Shown: positions 48,832 through 60,881 of the stretch, in pieces
Layout of the letters: every line of letters begins with the position of its first letter
How positions within the stretch are numbered: the first letter of the stretch is position 1
Translations under genes and position numbers: made by a program
DNA from: Ministeria vibrans ATCC 50519
Lineage: Eukaryota; Protista; Filasterea
Length of the DNA stretch: 64,000 bases
Assembly: GCA_943704425.1 (NCBI GenBank)
Contig: CALSCP010002411.1
Span: forward strand, 1-64,000
Direction: 5' to 3'
The notes under the pieces: model-generated
What the model saw: only the letters and a program-made list of their open reading frames with translations
What the model was told of the DNA's origin: nothing
The model's database searches: none

Positions 48832-50621
48832 TCAGAGCTGCTGAAGAAGCTGTTGAAAGTGGCACGGGCTGAGCTCGCGACGGAGGGCGTTGAGGCCGCC
48901 GTCCTTGGCAAGAACCTTGTGGAAGTACTGCGACGGGGGCTGCGGGTGAGCGGCATCGACAGACGCGAGGAAGGCGCGAGTGTGGGCACGTGCGGGGAGG
49001 GTGATGTCGACGTGCGTTCGAACGTGACATGGATACGAGGGGCATGGCGATGCAGGGCTGCTGAAGAAGACACTTGTCACTTGGAGATGCATCCAGTCAA
49101 AGAGTGCCATGCGTCCGTGGTATTGCATCACGGCCGGTCGCAGTGCCTCCATGAGCTCACTGAGCTGCTCGGCCGTGGCACCGCGTTGAATCGCTGCAAT
49201 CTCAACAATGGTGACGGCCGTTTGGAAAAGGAAGCAGTCGCCGCCGATGCGCTCGCTGGCGTGCGGGTCGCCCGACAGCCCCGCGGGGTCGTATGTGCGC
49301 TCACCACAAATGTAGACGTCGCGCGTGGCGGACTGGTCGCGCAACTGGAAGCGCACTACACCGCCAAAGTTGATGCCCCACTTGTCGGTGGCGCCAAAGA
49401 GCTGAGTGGACGTAAATGGCGACTCCGCGCCGATAGGTAAATTGAGCGTGTGTGTCACGTGGAGCGAGGTGCGCTCGGTAGCGCCGTACGCAACGCCCGA
49501 CTCGATGAGATCAAGCGTAAAGACGCCCGTTGCCGCATCATAGCTGAACATGTTGTCGACACTCGTTGTATCTGTGTTAAAGGCAAGTGCCAAAGCAAGG
49601 TGCGCACGCAGCTTGGCACGCACAGGCGAACCGCATGGGAGGTGGGCACGTGCCGACGCGACAATGGCGTCGAAAGCGTCGGGTGAGCATGCGAGACGGA
49701 GTGCTTCTTCGCCGTCCTTGGCCAACAGCTTGCGGTAGTATTGCGGCGGAAGCTGTGCTTGGGCTCCGTTGCGAGCCCAGGCGCTCAAAAACAATTGCGT
49801 GTGAGCTCGGTTCGCATCGACACGACTCTCGGGCGTTTGACGTGCTGCCACAAAGTCCGGATAGGTCTGGCACGATTCGGCACAGCCGTCCATACGCAGC
49901 GCCCAGGCCACTTGTGTCGCCATCCACTCAAAGAGTGCCACGCGACCATGAAACTGCTCAATAATCGAACGGAAGGTGCTCTGGATTTCGTCGAGTTGCG
50001 CAGTGGTTGCGCCATGGAGTGCGGCCACAACCTCGACAATCGTCACGGCACACTGTGTCGAGAAACAGTCACCGCCAATGCGTTCGCTGGCATGAGGATC
50101 ACCACTGATGCCAGCAGGATCGTAGGTTCGCTCGCCGGGCATCAAAATGTCACGATGAGAGCCGTCTAAAAGGGGACGAGTTTGTGTGGCCGCAGATGAG
50201 AGAACGAACGACATAATAAATCAAAACTCTCCGACCTTCAAGACGCACGCGAAGAACAGCCGCCCAATTCAGGGCATCGCATGCTGTCGGGCCAAACACC
50301 TCGATGGAGACGTTGCGCACTTCCTTCCTGACGTGCTGCGTGCACTGCAAGACCAACAGGCGGTTTGGTTTGTCTCGCTGTGCGCAACAAGCAAATGAAC
50401 ACACAAACCTTGGCGGTGACTTGGGTCTTCTCGGTGGCGCCGTAGGGAACACCGGTCTCGGTGAAGTTGATGGCGAGCGTGCCGTCGCTAGCGAGTTTGA
50501 ACACATTTGAGAGTTCCGACAGTGAACACAAATTGTCCAGTGTTTCGGTCACGTCAGCGGCACTTGCTGGATGCAATGGGCACGCAAGTGTTGGTTTCAG
50601 GCGAGCACTTGGAGGGATCAT
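48832..50621 (-). CDS. Uncharacterised protein made of two tandem copies of a domain of about 270 aa
   Basis: Exons about 50621-50409, 50344-50236 and 50165-48832. Duplicated motifs ExGVxYGATExT, GERTYDPAGxSGDPHASERIGGDCF, AVTIVE, HGRxALFxWM and Y..KxLAKDG. Confidence 0.8.
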
Positions 50622-50726
50622 AATTGAGGACAAATAAGTAAAAAATATTAGAAATTCAATTTTGTACCAATTTTGGATCATTGATTAGTCATTGTACCAT
50701 TGCGACGCCGCGACAGCCTTGACACT

Positions 50727-51455
50727 ATGCAGAACGCCGCAATAATGGGATTCTTGCGCTACGAGCAGGCGCTGCGCAAGCGTCCCTTGAGAACCAAGTC
50801 CATGACAAGTGGATTGTTGACAGTCGCTGGTAGTTTGGTCTCGGAGGGCTTTCGCACAGGCCAGGTCGGCCAGCAACCCTTGGCGACCTTCTCCCATGCT
50901 GTCTATGGCTTTTGTATCGGCGGAACCATCCCTCATTTGTTTTACAAGCTTTTGGAGGTTCGATTTTCTCTCGAGTACATCTTTTTGACCTCACTCCCCG
51001 TAGAGTGCGCCAGAGAACACTCTGCTGCGCCTGATTCTTGAGCGCACTATTCTTGCACCGGTTATGGTCGGTGCATACTTCCTAGTGACCTCTGTGGCCC
51101 AGGGAGACAGTTTGAAAACGGCGGTTGCGCGTCTGCGCCGTCTCTTCCGCTCGACTCTCGTACGCCGCGCAGTCTTTGATATTGGTTCACTCCTGTCATT
51201 GCGATGCGCGTTTGTTTGCCTTATGATTTGTTGTTTTTGACTTTGATTGCAGCGCTCTGTGTTGTATTTGTATTGCTTAGTCACTCACCAGAGGAACTGA
51301 ACCGGAACTTTCCCTTTCTGATGTAGATTCAAAACTGGAAGTTCTGGACACCAGCTATTCTTTTCAACCTAACGTATGTGCCACCCAGATGGCGCGTCGT
51401 GTTTGCGAGCCTTGTCGCCTTTGTCTGGAATGTCTATCTCGCGACACAAAAGTAA
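50727..51455 (+). CDS. Mpv17/PMP22 family peroxisomal membrane protein (PXMP2-like)
   Basis: YEQALRKRPLRTKSMTSG; HLFYKLLE; ERTILAP; NWKFWTP...N..YVPPRWRVVF.SLV..VWNVYLA; three exons. Confidence 0.9.
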
Positions 51456-51519
51456 ACATAAACATAAGTGTTCTCTTTACAATACACATTGGGTCTGGCA
51501 TGGTATTGCAACAAGCCTC

Positions 51520-52445
51520 TCAATCGTCCCACTCGTCGTCGTCGGCGCCTTCGCCGTCGGCCCCTGCGCTCCCCGTGCCCCCTACGCTCGCCTCTTCGTT
51601 CTTGGCCTTGCCCTTGTCCATCAGCTTGTCCGTCCACGTCTCGCCCGCCTTCACATCGCCCCTACGCGCATGTATGATAAACATGCACACACATGACATG
51701 CCTTGCGAGAAACCGCTTTCTTTCAACGTACGCATAGTTGACGGCCGTTTTGGTGCGTTCATTGTCGACGACAACCAGTGTCTCGACCAGGGGCGAGTCA
51801 CCCGCCGTCTTGATACGCACCAGTGTTCCTGCGCTCAGTTCCATTGACTGCAGCAGTGTTTCGGTGCCCCACACGTGCACAGTAGCACCGCTACTCGAGG
51901 CGGGTGCCGTCTGAGCAACACCGCAAACGCTCAGTAGTTTGTGCAGCCCATTTCGCTGCAGCCGCTCCTCCACCTGCGCCGTCGTGAGCTTGTCTGTCTT
52001 GCCCGACTTGGTCGCGTACGACGAGTTCAGGTAGCCCGTGCTCTGCTTCGACGTCTTTCCCGTCGCCACTTCGACCTCAGTTCCCTTGTCGGTGAACTGA
52101 CGTTCGTATCCCGAGACTAACTTGCACGAGACGATAATGAAGCGATGCTTCTCCCCACCACCATCCGACAGCTGCATACGGCACCGACTTTGCACCCAGG
52201 CTTCAAGCAGCATGCCAGGGCCCGAGCTGCAAGGAGACAAAGTGAGCTACAAAGAGATATGTTTGTTTTGTTGGGCTGAGCGAGAACCTTCCGAGCGCTT
52301 TGGCGTCCAGTTGGGTGGGCCATGTTCCCGAGTACTGTTTCAGATTGTCCAGCTTCTTGTCGTCGTAGAGCATGTGCTATTGTGGCGGAATGAGCGTTTG
52401 TTTGTTTGTTTTGATATGATTGTTTTGCATTACCGCACGAGCCAT
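51520..52445 (-). CDS. ARPIN: Arpin, an Arp2/3 complex inhibitor
   Basis: GMLLEA; RQFTDKGTEVE; STGYLNSSY..K.GKTDKL; LVRIKTAGDSPLVE; GDVKAGETWTDKLM; acidic tail GEGADDDEWDD as in animal Arpin (DEEWDD). Confidence 0.92.
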
Positions 52446-52604
52446 TGTAAAAGTATGTCGATTCTGCAGGCGGTAAGGGTACGCAGTGAGATCAACCGAG
52501 AAAGTCAAGAAGATTTAGAAGAATCAAGAATAAATGGTTGGCAGTTAGACTGTGAGGTGTGAAATGAACCAATAGAAATCTGTTTAGAAAATGGCGTCAG
52601 TTTA

Positions 52605-54619
52605 CTATACAAAGTCGTCGCCACGCTGGTGCGAGCGAGACTTTCCTTTTTGTTTCTTCTGAGTGACATGCAAAGGGGCCGAAGAGTTGTCAGCAGACTG
52701 GGATCGACTACCAGAGGCACCGCTCATCGACGACGACTGAAGAATCTGGAGGGCGACTTCGTCGTGGCGCGACGGACCTGAGGAGCTCAGACGACGCAGT
52801 GCCTGCACAAGAATACAATGATTGACATCAGGACACCAAACAAAAATATATTATAGTGTACGTACACCCCTGACACTGGGCCGTTTAGGCTGACTGCGCA
52901 TGCGAGAAGTCTGCACAATGCGCACAAGACGAGATCCTTCGTCGTGCGTCACCAGATGAATGTACCACTGGAACAGACAAATTACCGCTCCACACACAAG
53001 AAACCCATAAGAGAACCCAAACTGAAAGAACAAACAGAGAGAAAGAAAGAAAAAAGAAAGAAAGAAAGAACGAGAGAGAGGAGGAGGAGGAGGAGGGAAA
53101 AACAAAGTGATAGCGAGAGAGAGGGAGAAGAAAGGAAAAAATCAAAGTGAGAAAGGAGTAGAAAAAGTGAGAAAAGAAAATAAACAAAAAATGAGAAAGT
53201 GAGAAAAGAAAAAAAAACAAATGAGAAAGTGAGAAGAGAGAAAGAAACAAGTAATAGAGAGAGTCAGGCATAGTTAGGGCGGTTGCGTTGTGTTTCGTAC
53301 CCCCCATTGAGTGGGTAGAGCGTAGACATCGCCATTGCGCGCACGCGGACTTGGCACATCCGCAAAGCCAAAGGGAAACGCAAGAGTCGCTCCAAGATAC
53401 AACAAAACTACAGAGAGACAAATAGAGAAAAGGGAGAAAAAAAAGCAATAAAGGGGAAGAGAGGAAGGAGAAAAGAGTGGGTGGTGAAAGAAACAAAGTG
53501 ACAAAGAGAGACCGATGAGAAATGAGCCATAGTGTGGTTGTGATTCGTACACACAATGGGACAGGGTACTCGCGCCAGTGCCTCTCCGCCGCGCACTCGA
53601 CATACCCACAGCAGTGTCCCGATTGCAGACAGGAGCACAATAAGCAGAGTGCCCACAGTCAAAAAGAAACAAATCTAATACGGATTGTCGCAAATCTTAG
53701 TGCTCTTTTTTCTTTTTTTTTTCTTTTTTTTTTGTAAAATCGTCTTACTTTCCAAGTCAGTGGCAAATCGTTCAACGGATGAAGCCAAACACAATAGTCC
53801 TCCCGCACAATATCTACAAACAATAATAATATTTTAATATTATAAAATGGACTCAAAATTAAACACCAAAAGCGCTGTCGAAGAGTACACATATGGGCGT
53901 ACTATTGATCTGCTCAAAGAGACACTGACGGGCGAGCCCAACATACTCGCGAGTGACGTCAGCCCCGTCGTCGTCGGTCACGTCGTACACTAGCCAGCGT
54001 GGCGTGAGCATCGCCGACACTCCGAATCCTAGCTGGCACATGTAGCAAAAGAAGAAGCCCCACTTCCACTTTTGCGACAGTGGCACCTTTTGGAACTTCT
54101 CGCCCGTTTTCGAGTTGGTCACAATCTCCTGTTCTGTATGCGCCAGAGCCACCTCGCGGTCTCGCAACTCGCGCGCCGCCTCCTCGCGCGCCTGTTGCTC
54201 ACTCCACTTCTTCTCCTTGAGCAGAATCTTCTCTCGCTCAATGGCCGCTTTCTTCTGTTGCTCCAGCTCTTTGGCTTTCTCGTGTTTCTCACGTTGAATC
54301 TGCATCAGACGCAGCTTCTCCTCCTTTAGCGCCGTCTCCACCTCCAGCTTGTGAGCCAATGCCGCATGCGCTGCACGCTCCTCTCGCGATTGTGGTACCC
54401 TTGGTGCCGATGCACTTGATGCTGCAACTGCAACAGCACCCGCAGCAGCACCAGTAGTAGCAGCAGCGCCGGTCACAGCAAACGGTGGAGGAATCGTCGA
54501 GCCTTGTGCCTGTGTTTGTTGCACTTTTTCTTGTTCTCGCACTTGTTGCGACGAGGGCATCATGGCGAGTGTCGTCGGTGCCATAACAGTCTTTCGTGGC
54601 TGATGTGCCCTCGACTGTG

Positions 54620-54650
<31 letters not shown>

Positions 54651-57600
54651 CTTCAGCTGTTGTTGTTGTTGTCTCTGCAGTTGTTGCGCTTGCTTCATCT
54701 GAGCAGCGCTTTCGGCCGTGGATTTGCGCGAGACAGCCGAGCCCGCCGATAGCCCGGTTCCCACGACGGCCGTCGCAATCACTGCCTTTGACTGCTTTTT
54801 TTCGCGTTCCTTCTCCTTCGCGCGATGTTTCGACTGTTGTTGTTGCTGCTGCTGCATCTCAAGCTGCTGTCGATGGCGAATGGCCTCGGAGTCCTCGGAC
54901 ATGCCAAAGGCCGGCATGTAAACCACAAGGTCAGGTGGTTGTGTCTGCTCTTCCTCAGTACTCGTGTCGGGCACGCGCAGCACCTCACCAATCGCACGAT
55001 CGCCGCCACTGACAACGTGCGACACGAGCAGTCTTCGTCGTCGCTCTGCTTCAATCTCAAGCTTTTGTTGTCGCACAGCGAGAGCGAGTGCCGCAGTCGC
55101 TTCTTCCATGCGCTGGATCTCCCGCTGTCGCTGTTGACGCTCGAGAAGCCCATTCTGATGTTGCAGGGCCGCATCCATGTCGCTTGAAGCCGCAGCAGGA
55201 GCACTGCTCTCCTCGACCACCGTCTCGGTCTTTCTCTTGGCCTCCTCTGCCTTCTCCTTCTCCTCTGCCTTCTCCTTCTCCTCTAGTGCATCCATTTCAA
55301 GCAAATCAGAGCACTTGAGCTGTGCCGAACGCCGTTGCATGGCTCGAAGACGCGCCTCCTGTTTGCGGAGCTTGCGCATAGGTCGCGAGTCGGGCGGAAG
55401 TGGCGGCAGTGGCTGATCGGCAATGGAGACCTGAGGCGCGGTTGGGTCCGGCATTGAGGTTGCAGAGACGGTCGCAGACGTAGCAGCCGAAGTGGTAGCA
55501 GCAGCGACACCTAGCATCGCTTGAGCACCAACGGTGCCGTCGCCGGGAGGTGGAGCCCCACTGTCCACCTCGAGCATCTTCGTCTCAGACACGGCAGTCG
55601 CCAATGTTCGAAACGAGTTGCCCGAAGCGGACATGCGCTTGATCTTCATAGACGCTCTCGCATCCTTGACGTCGAGCACTTCGAGCGGCGGTACTTGAAG
55701 TGCCTCCTGAATGTGCTCCATTTCCAGTATTTTTTCGTCCTCGAGTGCCATTGTCTTGATAATCTGCGTCTCTTCCGCCGATATTTGACTCAGCAGAACC
55801 TTGGCAGTGGTGCCCATGACGCGCAACGAACGAGACGGCGCCAAATCACCACTGGCCGTCGAGTCCATCGAGAGCGACGAGTCGTCGCGGACGAGATTGT
55901 CCTTGATGGCACTTGGAGAAGCGGCAGCATTTTCAGTCGGCTCAGGACGGACAGGCGCGACTGGCGACGTTTCTGTGGGCTCGGGCGAGGCCAAGGCAAG
56001 CTGCGCGGGACTCAACTCGCGCTCCTCCTCCTCCGCAACTGGTGATGTTGGCGAGGGCGCGATGCCTACAGGCGACACGCGACCCTCGGTTGTCGGAGTA
56101 ATGGCCGTGGTGGCAGTGGCCTGTGGGCTCGTGGCAGGCGACTTGTCACCAAGGGCGGGTGCTGGAACGGCATCGTCAATGGAGCTTTTGTAGTTGAATT
56201 CCATATCGACGATGGCCGGGCGCTCGTCGCAACGGCTCGCTCTGTCGTCTTCGTCGTCGCTCCAGTCTTCCACGGTCGTTGTCATCATCGTTATGGTGCT
56301 CTTGGGACGGTGTTTTCGTGACAGTTCCACTTCGTCGTCGTCGCCGTTGTGAATCACATTACCATCGTCTTTGTCGTCATCGGGTGCCTTGTCGATAGCA
56401 ATTGTCGGCATGTTCATGGGCGACGGAGAGCGACGTTGCAAAGCAGGAGAGTCGATGGATGCAAGTGGAATGGGTGTATGAGGGGCCTCAAGGCCTGCGG
56501 GGATATCGTCGTACGTGCTCATATTGCTGACGGGCCGAGTTAAGCCGCGCTCGAATGTAGTCGCTAGCATGGTTGTTGGCGAAGGAGAAGGCGCGGGGGA
56601 TGGAGAAGGCGCAGCCGATCGAGAATGCGCAGGGGATGGAGAAGGCGCAGGGGATGGAGAAGGCGCAGCCGATCGAGAATGCGCAGGGGATGGAGAAGGC
56701 GCAGGGGATGGAGAAGGCGCAGCCGATCGAGAATGCGCAGGGGATGGAGCCGATCGAGAATGCGCAGGGGATGGAGAAGGCGCAGCCGATCGAGAATGCG
56801 CAGGGGATGGAGAATGCGCAGGAGATGGAGAATGCGCAGCTGATCGAGAATGCGCAGGAGATGGAGAGCGACGTTCGGAAGAAGGAGATTCGATAGTGGC
56901 CAGTGGGGTGGGCGCAAGAGGTGCCTCGAGACCTGCAGGAATGTCATCGTACGTGCTCATGTTACTCACGGGACGCGTCGCGTCATGGCTCGATGCGGTT
57001 GTGAGCATGATAGCTGGTGATAGAGAGTGACGTTGGGAAGTAGGAGAGTCGGCCACATGGATTGGTGGCGGTGAAGGTGAGGGAGTGGGCGAGTGGGTGG
57101 GAGCGTCGATAGCGGACGGGATGGGCAGAGACACATCAACTGGCGATGGCGAGCGTCTCTGGGCGGCTGGTGAGTCGATAGTCGGTAGAGGAGAGTCGCG
57201 TGCCTCAAGGCCAGCGGGAATGTCATCATATTCGCTCATGTTGCTGACAGGACGTTGACCAATGGATGGCGGAGCAAGCATGGCGGGCACAGGAGAGTGG
57301 CGCTGTGAGGCAGGCGAGTCTGCTCGTGTTGGTGATCCCTGTGGTGGAGCGAGAGCCGATGGAGACGGCGAGCGTCGCTGAGAGACAGGCGAGCCCGAAA
57401 CGGGAGGGAGAGGCGAGGAGGGCGCCTCAAGACCAGAAGGGACATCGTCATAGTCGCTCATGTTGCTCATCGGTCGTGACGACTTCACAAAGGCAGGGGG
57501 TGCAGAAAGCGACGACGGGTCCTCCGCTGCAGCTGCAACGACGGGGACGGGGACGGAGACAGGCACAGGCGACTGAGATGGCACAGGACTGGATGCCGCT

Positions 57601-58057
57601 GCCGGAGATGCCGGCGATGCGGACAGATCGGGCTGTGGCGGGGCCTCAGCGATGCTTTCCGTCTCGCGCCTATCGCTTGAGGGGGTAGGAGAGGCGCTGT
57701 GAACGCTGTCGTTGCTCGCTCCATCTTCGGCACGTCCTATTTACACAGCGACATACGTTTAAAAAAGCGCACGAAAAAAAAAGCGCCTCGTCGTCCTCCA
57801 TTGCCAGTCGACCTGCCCCATCCATGGCCCTTGTGGGTACCCCGCANNNNNNNNNNAAAAAAAAGAAGAGAGGAGAGGAGAAAAAAAAGGGCCACTTCTG
57901 ACGTTGGTTCGCATAGAAGGGAAAGGGCAGTTGGGAAGGGGGCGGGGGTACTGGAGAGGAGGACGCAATAGGAAGGCAGGCTCCCTTCGCACTTCAGAGG
58001 TGGCGTACCGTGGGGGACGGGGGGCGAGGCAGGGGGGGCGGGCGGCGGCACGTCCAT
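52605..58057 (-). CDS. Claudin/LHFPL-superfamily four-TM protein with a very long disordered N-terminus; 5' exons span the N-gap
   Basis: TM1 GFFFCYMCQLGFGVSAMLT; loop PRWLV...YVGLARQC...C; TM2 TVGTLLIVLLSAIGTLLWVC; TM3 LLYLGATLAFPFGF; TM4 WGFGFSYGFLVCGAVICLF; C-terminus -GDDFV; large exon 57737-53870. Confidence 0.7.
56580..56870 (-). repeat. Coding tandem repeat, 18-bp and 42-bp units (SPSPAP / SPSPAHSRSAAP)
   Basis: gatggagaaggcgcagccgatcgagaatgcgcaggg reiterated. Confidence 0.9.
57847..57856. other. Assembly gap (10 N)
   Basis: Directly visible. Confidence 1.
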
Positions 58058-58279
58058 GGTGTGGGGGGCAGGGCGCAGAGGGGAACGCACGGGCTGGACG
58101 CAAGAGTCGGGTGTTCCAGCAACGCCCAGTGACTGCTTTGTCACACGTGAGTTGCAATACCCAACGAAAAATTTGGTGTTTGGGTTTGAGAATATTTGAG
58201 AATTGAGACTCTGAGTTCAGCAGTTCAGCTGTTTGGAATCAGATAAGGAATAAAATGATTGACAGTTCACTTTGAAACC

Positions 58280-59466
58280 ATGCGGATCATCCGATCTTTG
58301 CTGCTACTATCTTTCTGTATCACTTATGGCTACTCTGCTGCCAGCAAGCCGAATATTCTGCTGCTGTTTCCCGACCAATGGCGCTATGATTGGACTGGAT
58401 TGAATTCGTCCGACCCCACGGGCCCCATCCCGCTCCACGTTCCCACGCTTGCCAACACCATTGCCCCACGGGCTACTCGGTTCACTCAAGCGTAACGTGG
58501 AGCGTGAAGAGAGGTGTTCTTGGGGTTTGAGCGGTGAACTTTTGGTGTGTTGTTCTCAGATACGTTCCAGCGCCAGTGTGTGCACCCTCTCGAGCGTGTC
58601 TTGCCAGTGGCCGAGAATACGACTTTGCCAAAGTTGCTTGCAACTTTTGCAACGAGTACGTGACGCGGGCGAGCCCTTGGTGCTGTCCTCGACTGACTCT
58701 TGACCACCCTTGACCTCTCTCTCTCCGTCTGCATTGCCCAGCTACAACTTGACTGTGCCGACATTCTATCAGTCGCTCCAGCAAGCAGGCTACTGGGTTA
58801 TGACCGTGGGTAAAGATGATCTCACGAAAGACTCGCAACCCGGCGAAAATGGAACGTTTCATCAGGCGGAGCTTGGTATGGTTTCTCCGTCTCCTCCTTG
58901 AGATGCATTATCCATCACTTTCTTGTAGGCTTCAACGATGGACTACGATGCTCAGGCAAGGACGATGTTGTCAACCGTAAGCCTTTTGAGCAGAATAGTG
59001 GTTCGGGTCTCTCATTGTATGGCACACAGAGTTCCCAAAGCCCCACGAACCATACGGGTTCTTTTTGGCGGCACACAACACGTCGTTGGAGTCGGGCGCC
59101 AATGTTTCCGCTTGGGACGCCCACCACTCTTGTCTCACCCAGAAAAACAAGCAGCTGTGCGACCGCACGAGCTTTCCCGACGAGTACTACGAAGACAACT
59201 GGGTACGGCGCATGCGAGAGAGAAAGAGAGACACAGGGACAGAGAAAAAGGAGGGAGAAAGAAACAGAGTTGAAAGTGAGTGAGTGACTGAGTGAGTGAG
59301 TGAGTGTGTGTGTGTGTGTCTGTGTGTGTGTGTGTGTTTTTGTGGTGTGTGTGTGTGTGTGTCTTTGTGGTGTGTGTGTGTGTGTCTTTGTGGTGTGTGT
59401 GTGTGTGTGTCTTTGTGGTGTGTGTGTGTGTGTGTGTGTGTCTGTGTGTGTGTGTCTGTGTGTGTA

Positions 59467-59515
<49 letters not shown>

Positions 59516-60881
59516 AACGAAATGAGAGAGAGAGGAAGGCGCAACAAGCCAGACGAATATCAATTTATGTCTGTTGTGGCCTTTGCAGGTTGCGGAGAAC
59601 GCACTAACTCTACTCGAGCGTCGCCCCAAGAACAAACCGTACTTTCTCCAAGTCAATTTCCCCGGCCCACACCCTCCGTTTGTCACTACCGCGCGCATGG
59701 CGGACAGTGTCACCAATCGAACAGTCCGATCACACACACACACACACACAATGCCCTCTCGCGAGCGCAACTCATCCTCTCTTTCTTCGCTATTGCTTTT
59801 GCTTCTACTTTTCTTTCTTCTTTTTTCCTTCTTTTATAGTGGCCTCGCGCCTCAGACTACTCCGGCAGCAACAAGTGCCCCAATGTACCCCATGAGCCAG
59901 GTGATGGGGCCCGCTGCAACTACGCCGCCGAAATTGAGGTCACTGTTGCCCCCGATCTTTTTCCTTCTCTCTGTCTTTCTTCTCTCGCTATGACTTTGTT
60001 TCTCCCTCCTCTCTCTCTCAATCACTTTGTTCTTTCTCTCTGTATCGCTTTGTTCTCTCTCTCATTCTATCTCTCTATATCTCTATCTATCTATCTATTT
60101 CTATCTCTTTTGTTTCTTTCTCTCTAAAACACACACACACACACACACCTTGGTCTTTCCGCAGAACTTGGATCGTTTGTTTGGTATTGTCCTGGACAAA
60201 GTCGATCTGAGCAACACACTTGTGTGCGTGTCCAGTGATCATGGCGAGATGCTGGACGACCACGGAGACTCGGGCAAGACGATGCCTTGGCACGGCAGTG
60301 TCGGCGTGCCTCTCATGTGCTTTGGGCCCGGTGTGCTCCGTGCACGTACCATTGCCGCCCCCACTGCCACCCTCGATCTTGCCGCCACCTTTTTGGACTA
60401 CGCTGGTGCTCAGCGCCCCGCCCAAATGACTTCCGTGTCGCTGCGCGACGTCCTTGAAGGACGCGCTGACGAGCCCGCGCGCCCATTTGTCTCGTCAGGC
60501 CTGCAGAGCATGCAGTTTGGCCTTGAGTCGCTCCACGGTCCACTCGCTCTCGACGTTGAAACCAACGCCGCCTTCAACTGGCGCATGGTTGTCAAGCAGG
60601 TCAACGGCGTCTCCTTCAAATTCATCTGCTGCAAAGGCACCTGTCCAGGCAAGCCAAAGGTATTCTCTCCATCTTTCTGCTCTTTCTTCCTTCCTGTCTC
60701 GCTCACACATGCCGTGTCTCCACAGTCTCTGCCTGGCCCTGATTCCACTGGCTACACCAAAATCCTCATCAATGTTGACCATGACCGCTTCGACACTTAC
60801 GACGTTACTGCGCGCCATCCCGACGTCGCCACCCAGCTAATGGCGCTCTTACCTATTCGCAATGGTTTTCATTGCACCTAA
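58280..60881 (+). CDS. Secreted formylglycine-dependent (S1) sulfatase
   Basis: Signal peptide; KPNILLLFPDQWRYD; CAPSRACLASG (CxPxR); GYWVMTVGK; NFPGPHPPF; SSDHGEMLDDHG; multi-exon. Confidence 0.92.
59295..59512. repeat. Intronic (TG)n/(GA)n compound microsatellite
   Basis: Directly visible. Confidence 0.95.

Noticed and set aside
56580-56870. CRISPR-like or mobile-element repeat array
   Set aside because: In-frame coding Ser/Pro tandem repeats with no unique spacers, in a eukaryotic exon.
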